The notes under the pieces: generated by a model | Databases searched by the model: none | The model's input: only the letters and a program-made list of their open reading frames with translations | Told to the model about the DNA's origin: nothing | Shown here: positions 39,729 to 50,189 of the stretch, in pieces | Layout of the letters: each line of letters starts with the position of its first letter | Position numbering within the stretch: the first letter of the stretch is position 1 | Assembly (NCBI GenBank): GCA_037481815.1 | Contig: JBBFKX010000002.1 | Location: 352,001-416,000 of the forward strand | DNA length: 64,000 nucleotides | Reading direction: 5' to 3' | From: a candidate division WOR-3 bacterium | Lineage (GTDB): Bacteria > Hydrothermota > 32-111 | Made by a program: the position numbers and the translations under genes

Positions 39729-41075
39729 TTATTCTCCCTTTAAAAATGATAATTTTTCCTTATAGGTTGTTGAATCTGTTAAAAATCCTTCCATATAATA
39801 ACCATTCGAAATATATTTTGATACAGCAGATATTATGTCTTCTTTTGAAATGTTTTTTATTCTTTCGTTGTAGTTCTTAAAATTCTCAACACCTCCAACA
39901 CACCACCAGTAACCAAGTGTCAAAGCAAAAGATAAAGATGATTCAAGTCGTCTAAAAGTGTTTACTTCTCCATATTCTTTTGAGTGTTGTAGAAGGTTGC
40001 TATCATAATAATCCGGCGTATTCAATTTCTTTATGTGCTCAAAAAGAATCTTTTTGACAGTGTCGATATTTTCACCTCTGAGATCAAGATAGAATGAAAA
40101 CTCTGAACCGTCTTTTAAACCAGAATATCCAACATAATAGTTGTAGACGAGTCCACTCTCAACAAGATCCTTATAAAGTTTTGATGATGTTAAAGAAAGA
40201 TAATCTGAAAGCAGATCCAAGGCATAAGGTTCATTCGAATTCCCATCAAAATTTGGCGCTCTGAAGGATAGGAGATATTTTGTTGTAGCCACCTTATCAA
40301 CTATGATAAACTTCTTGTTTTTTTCAAGAAGTGGATGTGATGGAAAATCGAATTGAACATCCTTTCCCTTTTCCCATCTTTCAAAATATTTTTTTACACT
40401 TTTTTCTGTTTTATCAAAATCTATATCACCAACGATCACCAGAGCACAGTTGTTGGGTATATAGTACTTGTTTTTTATCTCATACATCTGCTCTCGGGTC
40501 GCATTCGCTATCACATTTTTAAAACCTATAGTATTCTTTCTGTAAAAATATTTCTCATACATAACAGAGTCAGCCGTCTGGTAAAACTTATAAAATGGGA
40601 CCGAAAAATCTCGATCGAACTCATTCAAAACAACATTTCTTTCCTTTTCAAGTTCCACAGAATCAAACAAAGGATCCATTATAGCGTACGACATGAATTC
40701 AAGTCCTTCATCGATATTCTTAGAAGGCAGGGTAAAATAGTATCTAACCGATTCGTTCGATGTCATTCCGTTATAGATTATGCCCAGTTCTCTGATCCTT
40801 TTGTTGTACTCTTCTTGACTCTTCCACTTCACATTACCTTTAAAGAACATGTGTTCATAGAGATGGGAAAGTCCACAGTTTTCAGGTGTTTGTGTATACG
40901 ATCCATTTTTGACTGCGATCTCGATTGTTACAATCGGTTGAGTTCTTGTTTTCACCATCAACACTTCAAGTCCATTATCAAGTTTAATGCTTTTGTAATC
41001 CCTTTTATAGAGTGTTTCAGAAAAAATTAAAAATGATAGAAAAATTGTAATAACAAGATAAAAAGATTTTTTCAT
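39729..41075 (-). CDS. M16 family zinc peptidase, catalytic subunit
   Basis: LDNGL, GLSHLYEHMFFKG (HxxEH), ERNVVLNE, YIPNN..LVIVGD. Confidence 0.9.
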   Translation of the reverse strand: MKKSFYLVITIFLSFLIFSETLYKRDYKSIKLDNGLEVLMVKTRTQPIVTIEIAVKNGSYTQTPENCGLSHLYEHMFFKGNVKWKSQEEYNKRIRELGIIYNGMTSNESVRYYFTLPSKNIDEGLEFMSYAIMDPLFDSVELEKERNVVLNEFDRDFSVPFYKFYQTADSVMYEKYFYRKNTIGFKNVIANATREQMYEIKNKYYIPNNCALVIVGDIDFDKTEKSVKKYFERWEKGKDVQFDFPSHPLLEKNKKFIIVDKVATTKYLLSFRAPNFDGNSNEPYALDLLSDYLSLTSSKLYKDLVESGLVYNYYVGYSGLKDGSEFSFYLDLRGENIDTVKKILFEHIKKLNTPDYYDSNLLQHSKEYGEVNTFRRLESSLSFALTLGYWWCVGGVENFKNYNERIKNISKEDIISAVSKYISNGYYMEGFLTDSTTYKEKLSFLKGE

Positions 41076-42022
41076 CTATTCTCCTTTTTTGTATTCTGCT
41101 TATCAAAAACGAAAATTAGACCTCCAAACAAACTGTAAATCACAGAAACTATGAAAAATGTCAAAGAAAGTGATAAAATTTCTTCCTTTGTTGTCAACTT
41201 AAAAAAGTTTATGTAAGCCCATTCTCTTAGGCCAAGGCCATTGATCGTTATCGGTATCATCGAGATTATCGATATGAATGGAACATATATTATTTCATCA
41301 ACCAACCGGACGGACAATCCCTGTGAAAGAACTATAAGATGGTTTGTAAAAACAAAAACAACTTGAATCATTATCGATAACAGAAGATTATAGAAAAGAT
41401 CCTGTTTTCTATCTTTCACTATCCTTAATGAATATAGAAGGGAATTTATCCTATCACCAATTTTAAAAAAAGTAATTTTAGAAAAAAAAGATACAAAAAA
41501 TGTGAAAATTTTATCAGAAATTAGAACCGTTAGAAACATAACAGAAGCTGATATTCCCGCTATAGATACATAAAGAAAATATTTCGTTATTCCATACTTG
41601 AAAAATAAAAGCGGTGTAATCGAAATGTAAACTATTATTCCCAAAAGTCCTATCCATCTTTCGATGATTATAGAAGAGATAACATCCGCAATCCTTTTCT
41701 GATCAGATACTATATACGCTCCTCTTATAAAATCCATTCCGACAGTTGATGGAAGAAAGTTGTTAAAAAAGAATGCAATGTTATATATCCTGAAAACTTT
41801 TGATAAAGAAACTTCAAAGTTATAAAGTTTCAACACAAGTTGCCACCTGAGAGCAACAATAAAACAAACAAGGCCAACTGTTAAAACAGCAAGAAAAAGA
41901 AAGAACATGTTTGAATTTTTCAGGATGCTAAAAAGTTGTGAAGTGTTGACACTTTTCAATATAAAAAAGAGTATCAGAATTGTTATCAGTAATCTCAGTA
42001 TTTGAAAAAAACTTTTTTTCAT
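41072..42022 (-). CDS. Lysylphosphatidylglycerol-synthase TM/flippase-like membrane protein (UPF0104)
   Basis: ALRW, FFNNFLPSTVGMD..R, IIER, PITINGLGLRE. Confidence 0.85.
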   Translation of the reverse strand: MKKSFFQILRLLITILILFFILKSVNTSQLFSILKNSNMFFLFLAVLTVGLVCFIVALRWQLVLKLYNFEVSLSKVFRIYNIAFFFNNFLPSTVGMDFIRGAYIVSDQKRIADVISSIIIERWIGLLGIIVYISITPLLFFKYGITKYFLYVSIAGISASVMFLTVLISDKIFTFFVSFFSKITFFKIGDRINSLLYSLRIVKDRKQDLFYNLLLSIMIQVVFVFTNHLIVLSQGLSVRLVDEIIYVPFISIISMIPITINGLGLREWAYINFFKLTTKEEILSLSLTFFIVSVIYSLFGGLIFVFDKQNTKKENR

Positions 42023-42064
42023 TCATTAAAATATACTTCACTTTAACTTTTTGTCAAGGTAACT

Positions 42065-43630
42065 TCAAAACAGGGAATAGTTTAAAAGCAAATAAAAACC
42101 ATAAATATCCCTATTATTTTTAACAAGACCAACATTTGTTTTTACCACTCTTTTGATAGACAAATTTAAACCGTAAACTATTCCTTCTCCACTTCTATAT
42201 ATTTTCAGAGGATAATAATTGGTAAACGAGTATTCGTATATAGAAATATAGTCGGTTTCAAGGATTTTATAGGTATATATGTAGGTTGACAATTCAAAAT
42301 CTTTATTCTTTACAAAAAGATCCATCTTTTGATAATTTGAATTTTTTTGGTTTAAAAAGAAAGTTAATTTTAACGATAATAAGTCATTATAACTTTTAAA
42401 AAATTCAAACTTCAAAGAACTTCTGTTTTTGTCGAGTAAATCGTAAGAAAATGTTGGCTTTACAAAATCAACAAATCTTATGGTTAAAGAATTTTTAAAC
42501 TCCTCATAGTCACCCTTAACAAAATCTATTCTGTTTTCAAACCGTAATCCTTTCCTTTTTGAAATATCAAAGAAAAATCCAAAAAAATCTTTTTCTTCTA
42601 TATCGTTTGAGTGAAGGTTAAAAAATCTTTTATTCAAAATAAAACCAGAAGAAGTCATAAAATCTTTATTCTCATTTTTAAGACATAAGGACAAGGAATA
42701 TCCTCGGTTTGGATAAGAAAATCCAAAATCGTAGGAAAAAAGTGAAAATTGACCAAAAGAAGAAAATACAATATTTTTATCTGAATCGATCATATTAATT
42801 GTTTTGGAATAATCAGCAAAATATGTTGCAAAATTCAAACATTCTTTCTTATGATTGAATAAAAAACCGAAAGAACTCTCCCTTAAATTGTTATCCCTTG
42901 ACATCGAAAGGGAATCATCATGAATGTTGTAGGTCAAAATTTTTTTAACGTTATTCAAACTATCAAGTATACAATCATAATAAACATTACTCAGAAATGG
43001 AATGATAATATAATTTTTTAATAAAAATCGTTTAGCCAAACCGAAAAATGATGGATATTCACTGTAAGAATCATCCAATTCTATTCTGTTAGAATAAAAA
43101 ACTCTATTCAGAATGTTTTCATAATTTGTGCTGGTAGAGAAAAGTCCTCTTCCTGTTTTCAGAACATAGTTACCAGCGATAAGATCTTTATATGTTGCAC
43201 CAAATTTAATATTGTCATAGAATCTCTTTTCTCCAACATCTTTTTCAGTAAGAAGAAAAAAATCAAAATTTTTGTATCTTCCAAACATCTTAAAAAAGTT
43301 CTTGTTATTAAGCGAAAAAAGTGAATCAAGATTTACCCCAAGATCCATTTTAAAAAACTTTTGTTCTTTGCTAAGATTTTTTTCGATAATTTTAGAAACG
43401 ATCTGATTTCCTGTTATTTCAAATAGTTTTCGATAGGTTATATTTTCTTTTGAATAGTAAAAACTTTTAATTTCATCTATTTCGCTTTCGGTTAAAAAAC
43501 CTTTCAGATCTTGAATTATGAAATCAAAGGAATCCACAAAAATTGAAACTTCATAAAACTCTTCTTCCTGTGATACCAAAATATTCAAAAGAATGGTTAG
43601 TAAAAATATCAAACTAAAATATTTTTTCAT
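42065..43630 (-). CDS. Outer-membrane beta-barrel-like hypothetical protein
   Basis: Signal peptide from ATG 43630; EKDVGE and GNY...G.GL motifs; aromatic C-terminus. Confidence 0.5.
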   Translation of the reverse strand: MKKYFSLIFLLTILLNILVSQEEEFYEVSIFVDSFDFIIQDLKGFLTESEIDEIKSFYYSKENITYRKLFEITGNQIVSKIIEKNLSKEQKFFKMDLGVNLDSLFSLNNKNFFKMFGRYKNFDFFLLTEKDVGEKRFYDNIKFGATYKDLIAGNYVLKTGRGLFSTSTNYENILNRVFYSNRIELDDSYSEYPSFFGLAKRFLLKNYIIIPFLSNVYYDCILDSLNNVKKILTYNIHDDSLSMSRDNNLRESSFGFLFNHKKECLNFATYFADYSKTINMIDSDKNIVFSSFGQFSLFSYDFGFSYPNRGYSLSLCLKNENKDFMTSSGFILNKRFFNLHSNDIEEKDFFGFFFDISKRKGLRFENRIDFVKGDYEEFKNSLTIRFVDFVKPTFSYDLLDKNRSSLKFEFFKSYNDLLSLKLTFFLNQKNSNYQKMDLFVKNKDFELSTYIYTYKILETDYISIYEYSFTNYYPLKIYRSGEGIVYGLNLSIKRVVKTNVGLVKNNRDIYGFYLLLNYSLF

Positions 43631-44168
43631 CCTTTTCAAAAAATTCCCATAAGAGCAGAGCCGCAAGTGTTTTTCCATCGATTATACTTTCTTTCAGAAT
43701 GAATTTTTTTATATCTGCTCTTTTTATTTTCAGCACCTGAATGTTCTCATCAAAATCTTTTTCCTTTTCCTTTTCAACAAGATCCCTTGCAAGAAAAATG
43801 TGCAGAACCTCATTTAAAAAACCTGGGGACGATGCAATACTTTTTAATTTCTGGATATTGTTTGAAACAAAGCCTATCTCCTCTGATAATTCCCTATTGG
43901 CTGCTTCAACTGGATCTTCATCATCTTCAAGTGTGCCTGCGGGAAGTTCTATCATATCTTTTTTGAAAGGGTATCTGTACTGTTTAACGAAAAATACTGA
44001 ATCAGTTTTTTCATCAAAAGGGATAACAGCGACAGAACCTCTGTGTAAAACAACCTCTCTGACACTTTCCCTTCCAGAAGGGAGTATAACTGTATCCTTT
44101 TTCAAACTCAATATTCTTCCAGAATAGATCAGTTCTGAATTTTTAGTTTTTTCCATTTTGATCTCCAA
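43614..44168 (-). CDS. NUDIX hydrolase (ADP-ribose pyrophosphatase-like)
   Basis: ELPAGTLEDDEDPVEAANRELSEEIG Nudix box; SPG; DGKT. Confidence 0.92.
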   Translation of the reverse strand: MEIKMEKTKNSELIYSGRILSLKKDTVILPSGRESVREVVLHRGSVAVIPFDEKTDSVFFVKQYRYPFKKDMIELPAGTLEDDEDPVEAANRELSEEIGFVSNNIQKLKSIASSPGFLNEVLHIFLARDLVEKEKEKDFDENIQVLKIKRADIKKFILKESIIDGKTLAALLLWEFFEKDEKIF

Positions 44169-45180
44169 TAATGGTTTGTTCTTTTAACTTTTCTATACTT
44201 TTTTTACCAATTCCTGGCAATTTTTCGAGTTCATCATACGAATTTATTCTACCATTTATCAATCGATAAATATATATTCTTCTTAAAACAGTTTTACCCA
44301 GTCCTTCAAGAGACAGAATCTCCTCATAAAAAGCTCTATTTAAATCGATTTTCTCGTTTTGAACAAAACCTTTTATCCTTTTTATTTTAAGAGGTATATC
44401 GAAAGAAACTTTATTGGTTTTGATTTCAGGTAAATCATAATATCTGTTTGCTTCATAAAGAGAAAATCTGATATCATTGGAATTTGAAAAATATGGATGA
44501 ACAAAAGTCGAATAATTTATAAAATAAGGAAATCTTGTAAACTCTAAACCAAAAAAGATTCTTTTTTCACTATCAAAAGATAGATTCACTGAAATATTAT
44601 CAAATAACCTATATACAACTCTTCCTGTAAAAACGTAACCATTCCAATAACAGGTTTGAAATTGTATATCAAGTTCATTTTTTAAGTATCCAGTTAAAAA
44701 GATTGAGTGATTCTGATCTTTTTTCAGAATATAAGAGGAGATTGTATAAAAACCCCCATGCCTGATCATACCCGAAATGATCATACCATATTTTACTTCG
44801 TTAACACTATCACAAAAATCTATAAAATTTATATATGGTGAAAATCCAATTTTTAGATTCATCCTGCTGTAAGCAATTTTAAAAGAAAAACCATAACCTT
44901 TGTACACACTGTTAAAATCAGATATAAAAAGATGCCCAAATGAAATGTTTTTAAAGTTGTAATTTGAAAGGGAATAGCAATTGTTTAAATCTTTTATAAA
45001 AAATCTATTAGAGCATCCAAAAGTCAAATAGTTGTATGAGACATTTTTGTTCAGAGGTAAAAGATCTTCAGAATCGTTACAGAAATTAAAATCTGATGAA
45101 AAAAATGTTGTTGAAAATGTTTTGAGTTGAAAAAGTAGAATTAAAAAAATTAAACTTTCTTTTAATGCCACCCTTCCCAT
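44143..45180 (-). CDS. Beta-strand-rich exported protein with C-terminal ComEA-like helix-hairpin-helix domain
   Basis: KIDLNRA...LEGLGK...YR...G....DELEKLPGIGKKSIEKLK. Confidence 0.72.
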   Translation of the reverse strand: MGRVALKESLIFLILLFQLKTFSTTFFSSDFNFCNDSEDLLPLNKNVSYNYLTFGCSNRFFIKDLNNCYSLSNYNFKNISFGHLFISDFNSVYKGYGFSFKIAYSRMNLKIGFSPYINFIDFCDSVNEVKYGMIISGMIRHGGFYTISSYILKKDQNHSIFLTGYLKNELDIQFQTCYWNGYVFTGRVVYRLFDNISVNLSFDSEKRIFFGLEFTRFPYFINYSTFVHPYFSNSNDIRFSLYEANRYYDLPEIKTNKVSFDIPLKIKRIKGFVQNEKIDLNRAFYEEILSLEGLGKTVLRRIYIYRLINGRINSYDELEKLPGIGKKSIEKLKEQTIIGDQNGKN

Positions 45181-45218
45181 AAAATTATTTTAAAAAATAA
45201 TAAAAAATTGTAAAGATC

Positions 45219-45956
45219 TTATTTTATTTCTTCGATTATTGAGTCATGGATTTTTTTATCCTGAAAGTTATCAAAATCGGTTGTCTTAACTATTTCATTT
45301 ATCAAACTATCATATAGTTCAAAATTTTTTTTCGCTTTATATGTTTCTGCAAGAAAAAATTTTCCGGTTATTGAGTTTTTATTTTTTTCTAAATATTTTT
45401 TCAAATAGATTTCTGATTCATCCAATGATTGCCAGTTTGTATAATATGGTACTTTTGGTGTGATATAGTACAATCTTCCCAAAATTAGATAAGCTCCATA
45501 ATCGTCTATATCCGGTTTTTTATCTATAACCTTTTCAGCATATTTTTTTATCCTGTTTGGTATATTCATTTTTATCGCATCCCAGATATTAGATGTCTCA
45601 GCATACCTTCCGTACAGAATTGATAAACAATAGTAAATCTCTGGAGAATTATCTTTTTTCAATAAAAGTTCAAGATCATCTAAGATTTTTTTGTATTCTC
45701 TTTTTTTAGTATCATTACACTTTTCGAAAAATTTATAATAAAGATCAAATAAAAGTATATACTCTACCAAATTATCCTGTTCTTTTAACAAACTTAAATC
45801 TTTTTCTCTTAAATTTTTCACATCTTCTATCAATTTTTCTTTGAAAAGTTTTTCATCATACAAAAGATTCTTATTTTTTTTGCAAAATTCAAAACCACCT
45901 GTAACATTATTCAAAACAGAAAGAATCAAAATGAAAAAGAAAAACTTTTTCATCAA
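45219..45956 (-). CDS. Secreted TPR-like protein (TatT-like)
   Basis: Signal peptide; helical repeats; GAYLILGRLY...P. Confidence 0.55.
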   Translation of the reverse strand: MMKKFFFFILILSVLNNVTGGFEFCKKNKNLLYDEKLFKEKLIEDVKNLREKDLSLLKEQDNLVEYILLFDLYYKFFEKCNDTKKREYKKILDDLELLLKKDNSPEIYYCLSILYGRYAETSNIWDAIKMNIPNRIKKYAEKVIDKKPDIDDYGAYLILGRLYYITPKVPYYTNWQSLDESEIYLKKYLEKNKNSITGKFFLAETYKAKKNFELYDSLINEIVKTTDFDNFQDKKIHDSIIEEIK

Positions 45957-47257
45957 AAGAACACTTTTGTTGTTAGTTCAAAACAACTCAGTTTTTCAAT
46001 TTTTTTAAAATAAGATCCACTCGTTCCCTTTATGTAAAAGAAGGAAAACCCAATCGAAAAATCATCCATCAAATTTAGTGTAATTTTTGGATTAAATAGA
46101 ATACCACCTTGACTTTTAATTTCTTTCCAATCAACTATTTCATAGGCAAAGTTAAACGGTTCAACAAAAATCTTTTCGTTAAGAAAACTGATCCTTGAAT
46201 TGAAAAAAAGATAATCGTTTAAATTTTCCTCACCATAAGTCCCTCTTATCCCATGGACATATTGAGTCATAAAATAATATTTACCTGAAATGTTGAAATC
46301 AAAACCCAGAAGAAAATTAAAAAAGATTTTTTCCTTTGCAAAAAATGTATCAACCACTCCTCTACCAATTTCTGTTAGATCTATTTTGAATCTATTTTCA
46401 TTTAGAAAATTACCGACAAAATCACTCCATAACGAAAAATCTCCAAACGCTCCACTGAAACCTAAACCAAAACTACTTATTCTTGGGAAATTGAATTTCA
46501 CATCACCAAAACCGGAAAAAGGTGTAACCATTTCTAACTTTATATTTGAAGGTAATGGTGTTTTTGTTCTTGAATATCCATAAAAAAAAGATGTTTGAAA
46601 ATTGTTGATATCTTTTAGGAACTCTACAAAAAAGTCGCTATTTTGAAAAATATTCTCGGGAAGAATAATACTATCCTTTATGTTGAGATTTCCCATATAA
46701 TCCTTAAAGTCAATATAACCATCTGGAAGAATCGAAGGAGTAAAAAAGGGAGTATAAATTATATTCAGATCGAAAAATTTAAAATATGATTCAAGTAAAA
46801 CCATAAAATTTGTTACCTTTTTATCCATTCTTAAAGGATCTGAAAGATCATCTGAATTAACTATGTCAGATGGTGATACAACAAACCCTTTTCCCAAATT
46901 GTAGAATGTTTTTCCCAATGTAAGATCGACAAAATCAAAAGGAAACTTTTTTAAGAAAATTTTTGCTTCATATATTTTAAAAAGATTTTTATAAAAATTT
47001 TCTTTTTCTGTCATATCTTCAATATTTTTGATAAAAAAAGGATAATCGCTTTCAATCTGCAGACAAAGATTGAAATCAAATTTTTCGTTAAAATTTTTTT
47101 TGTATTCCATATCTACATAGAATTTATCCATAAATATATTTTTCTCAAAAACGAACAATCTGAAATCATTTTCGATTTTACCACTGATATCACTTGCAAA
47201 AATTGTTAAAACCCCTAATAGAATTATCAGAATCAAGAAAAATTTTTTCATCATCAC
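45953..47257 (-). CDS. Outer-membrane beta-barrel protein (DUF1302-like)
   Basis: Signal peptide; DLTLGK...LG...SPSDIVN; terminal F; context next to LolA-like and RND genes. Confidence 0.6.
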   Translation of the reverse strand: MMMKKFFLILIILLGVLTIFASDISGKIENDFRLFVFEKNIFMDKFYVDMEYKKNFNEKFDFNLCLQIESDYPFFIKNIEDMTEKENFYKNLFKIYEAKIFLKKFPFDFVDLTLGKTFYNLGKGFVVSPSDIVNSDDLSDPLRMDKKVTNFMVLLESYFKFFDLNIIYTPFFTPSILPDGYIDFKDYMGNLNIKDSIILPENIFQNSDFFVEFLKDINNFQTSFFYGYSRTKTPLPSNIKLEMVTPFSGFGDVKFNFPRISSFGLGFSGAFGDFSLWSDFVGNFLNENRFKIDLTEIGRGVVDTFFAKEKIFFNFLLGFDFNISGKYYFMTQYVHGIRGTYGEENLNDYLFFNSRISFLNEKIFVEPFNFAYEIVDWKEIKSQGGILFNPKITLNLMDDFSIGFSFFYIKGTSGSYFKKIEKLSCFELTTKVFF

Positions 47258-47985
47258 TCCTTTAAAAATCTGTCTGTAAAAATATCATCTGAAAGGTTTG
47301 TATCAAAAAATATACTATCGTATTGCATTATCGTCTGATGTTTGTTTTCAATGTTTTTCATAACCATCTCTTTAGCAACATAATAATCTTTTATCTTTTC
47401 TATTTTCCTTCTTTCAAGGATTTTTGTACATTTCCCCTTTTCAAAAAATTCGATTTTTATAGGGATATAGAATCTTTTATCAACTGTTAACTGAAGTTTT
47501 TCATAAAAACTGTTTTTTTCTTTTTTTGGATAAATCTCAATTAAAAATAAGGAATCGTTTTCATTCAATATTTTACCTGTGTAGTCCTTTGAAAAACTTG
47601 ACATTTCCATATCCTCATAGGTAAAGTCGGTTCCGGAAAACGAACCATTTTTCGACTGTGTTGTTATATTTTTGATCTTTTTGTATGCTGGAAGATATAT
47701 GTGCATAACGTTCCCTGGTAACGATAAAAAACCAAGTCCTTTTTGTTCGTTTGGATAGGTAAATTTCCCAGCCCTTTTATCCCATCCTTTTTGATACATT
47801 GTAATTTTTCTAATCGATTGTACATTGTTTTTGTCTATAAGGGTTATTGTTATAAACATTTTTTGATCTTTTGGCGCGTTAGTGATACTATCCATTCTTT
47901 CCAATATTTTTTCAAACTTCAGTTCATTACTTTTTACTGAGAGAAGGTTTAATACCACAAAAATCGTAAATAAAAATTTTTTCAT
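47254..47985 (-). CDS. Outer membrane lipoprotein-sorting (LolA-like) protein
   Basis: KG.GFL, IYLPAYKKIK.I, SFSGTDFTYEDM, LSDDIFTDRFL. Confidence 0.85.
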   Translation of the reverse strand: MKKFLFTIFVVLNLLSVKSNELKFEKILERMDSITNAPKDQKMFITITLIDKNNVQSIRKITMYQKGWDKRAGKFTYPNEQKGLGFLSLPGNVMHIYLPAYKKIKNITTQSKNGSFSGTDFTYEDMEMSSFSKDYTGKILNENDSLFLIEIYPKKEKNSFYEKLQLTVDKRFYIPIKIEFFEKGKCTKILERRKIEKIKDYYVAKEMVMKNIENKHQTIMQYDSIFFDTNLSDDIFTDRFLKE

Positions 47986-47987
47986 TT

Positions 47988-50189
47988 TTACTCCTTTTCT
48001 TTTAGTGAATTAGAAAGAATAATGATCGTTGAAAACCCTGCGGTAAGCATCGTTAACATGATTAAAAGTCCAAAATTAGATAAGGGTTTTAAACTTGAAA
48101 ATATAAGTACGGCAAACCCAGAAGCAACGGTTAAAACATTTATTAAAACAGCTTTTCCTGTTGTTAATAGTGTGATCTTTCTCGCGTCTTTAAAACTTTT
48201 TTTCATTTTCATTTCCTGCTTCATTCTTATCATATAATGAATAGAATAATCTATACCTATCCCTATTGAGATTGACCCGATTAGATTTGTCGCGATGTCA
48301 AGTGGAATTTTTAACAGCGACATCAGACCATAAACACATACTATTGTAACAAAAATTGGAAGAACACCCTTAACACCGTTTCTTAACGATCTAAAAACTG
48401 TCGAAAGCAAAATCAATGTTATAGCAAGAGATAATGTTGTCGAAAAAATCGTAGATTTGAGTATGGTCTGGTCGAGTTCTACATATATCGAGGGCATTCC
48501 GGTCACTTCAAAAGTTACATTTCCTTTATCGTTTTCTATTCTCTTTTTAAGAATCGAAAGAAGTTCTTTTACTTTGTCTATAGATAATCCATTTTGAAAT
48601 GATACCTCTATTATCGTTTCACTTTTATCCTCTTTTATCAATCTGTTCAAACTTTTTTCTCCTTCCAATAAAAAGTAAAGATTTGAAAGTTTTTCATTAC
48701 TATCAGGTATTTTTTCTTCGTTTTCAACAACATTGTTCATCCTTTTGATAATTTGTATAATCGAGTTTACATTTTTAAGGTTTAGAGAATCTTTTATAAA
48801 GTTTTCAAAAGTTTCAACTTCCTTTAGATTTGAAACGACATTCATATCTCCTTTCGCTAAAATCAAAAATCTTGATGAACCACCAAAATCGTTTTCAATT
48901 ATATCGTTTGAGTTTCTGAATTCGGTACCTTTTTTAAAGTAGTTTATAATATCAGCACTTCTTGAAATTTCAGGTAAAACAAAAATTGAAACTATGAGAG
49001 CCAAAAAAAGTAATACAGTCAAAGGTTTATGAAATTTAAGAATAGCGTCTGCTATGGTTAAAAATCTATCTTTTTTGTTTTTGTCATTAGAAATTTTCTT
49101 CCTGTTTTTAGTAAACAGCATTAGAGATGGAGTAAATGTTATCGCAAGTATAAATGAAACCACAACTCCAATCGCAGAAAATATACCAAACTCCTTTATC
49201 AGTCCAAGATAAGATCCTCCTACAAACGATATGAAACCAATAAAAGTAGTCAAAGCTGCAAGTAGAACAGGTAAAAAAATTTCTTTTATAGAGATCTTAA
49301 CAGATTCTTCTCTGCCTTGGTTCTTTTTCTCCTCTTCATAAACTTTGCTTATAAAATGTATTGAATACGCACTTCCAACAGCGATAAGAATTATCGGAAT
49401 TATGTTTGATATTATTGTAACTTTGACTTTAAAGATCGACATGAGTCCAAAAACCACAACGATTGAGATAAAAGAGTTTAATAGAGGAATAAAAATTCCT
49501 TCAAAACTTTTGAAACTAAACGCAAGTATAAAAACCATCAGAAGGATACATGGTATTATCAATCTCAAAATATCATTAACGATAAGATTACCAACCTCTT
49601 CAAGAAGAAATGGCAGCCCACCATAATAAACCTTACCCTTTAAATTGAGTTCTTTCAATTCCTTTTTTATTTTTTTACAAACTTTTTGCTGATCTATGTT
49701 GTCATTAAAAAATATAACTATTAAGCTTTTTTTTCGATCTTTTGAAAGAAATTTTCTTTTATAAAACTCATCCTCTAAAAAGATTTTCTCTTTTTTAAGA
49801 AGATAATTTTCATCGTTTAACGAATCAAATGACAGAACTTTTTTTATTTGAATGTCATCCTTTTCACTTGTTATATCAACTATGTTTGTTAACGAATTGA
49901 TTAAATTGACCCCTTCAATTTTTTCTAATTTTTTTGTTATAATCTCTATTTCTTCAAGTGAATGTTTTGAAAAAATTCTTTCATTCTCATAAACTACAAA
50001 ACCTGTTAAACTTCCACCATAATCTGTACCGATTTTTTTGAAATTTTTAACTATTTGATTTTGCTCAGGAAGATAATCTATAACATTGGGATTTACTTTG
50101 ATTTTTACAGCAAAAAAACCCATCAAAAAAGTAACGATCAGAGTTGTAACAAGAATATGTTTACTGTTTTTTAATAGAAATTTTTCCAC
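47988..50189 (-). CDS. RND superfamily MMPL-type transporter
   Basis: Two TM-bundle repeats; AVGSAYSIH, ALTTFIGF, GIGIDYSIH. GTG 50189 after AAGGAG; ORF track starts at 50213. Confidence 0.9.
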   Translation of the reverse strand: MEKFLLKNSKHILVTTLIVTFLMGFFAVKIKVNPNVIDYLPEQNQIVKNFKKIGTDYGGSLTGFVVYENERIFSKHSLEEIEIITKKLEKIEGVNLINSLTNIVDITSEKDDIQIKKVLSFDSLNDENYLLKKEKIFLEDEFYKRKFLSKDRKKSLIVIFFNDNIDQQKVCKKIKKELKELNLKGKVYYGGLPFLLEEVGNLIVNDILRLIIPCILLMVFILAFSFKSFEGIFIPLLNSFISIVVVFGLMSIFKVKVTIISNIIPIILIAVGSAYSIHFISKVYEEEKKNQGREESVKISIKEIFLPVLLAALTTFIGFISFVGGSYLGLIKEFGIFSAIGVVVSFILAITFTPSLMLFTKNRKKISNDKNKKDRFLTIADAILKFHKPLTVLLFLALIVSIFVLPEISRSADIINYFKKGTEFRNSNDIIENDFGGSSRFLILAKGDMNVVSNLKEVETFENFIKDSLNLKNVNSIIQIIKRMNNVVENEEKIPDSNEKLSNLYFLLEGEKSLNRLIKEDKSETIIEVSFQNGLSIDKVKELLSILKKRIENDKGNVTFEVTGMPSIYVELDQTILKSTIFSTTLSLAITLILLSTVFRSLRNGVKGVLPIFVTIVCVYGLMSLLKIPLDIATNLIGSISIGIGIDYSIHYMIRMKQEMKMKKSFKDARKITLLTTGKAVLINVLTVASGFAVLIFSSLKPLSNFGLLIMLTMLTAGFSTIIILSNSLKEKE

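Noticed and set aside
40353..41030. 225-aa plus-strand ORF
   Set aside because: Antisense shadow of the M16 peptidase; no SD or recognisable motifs.
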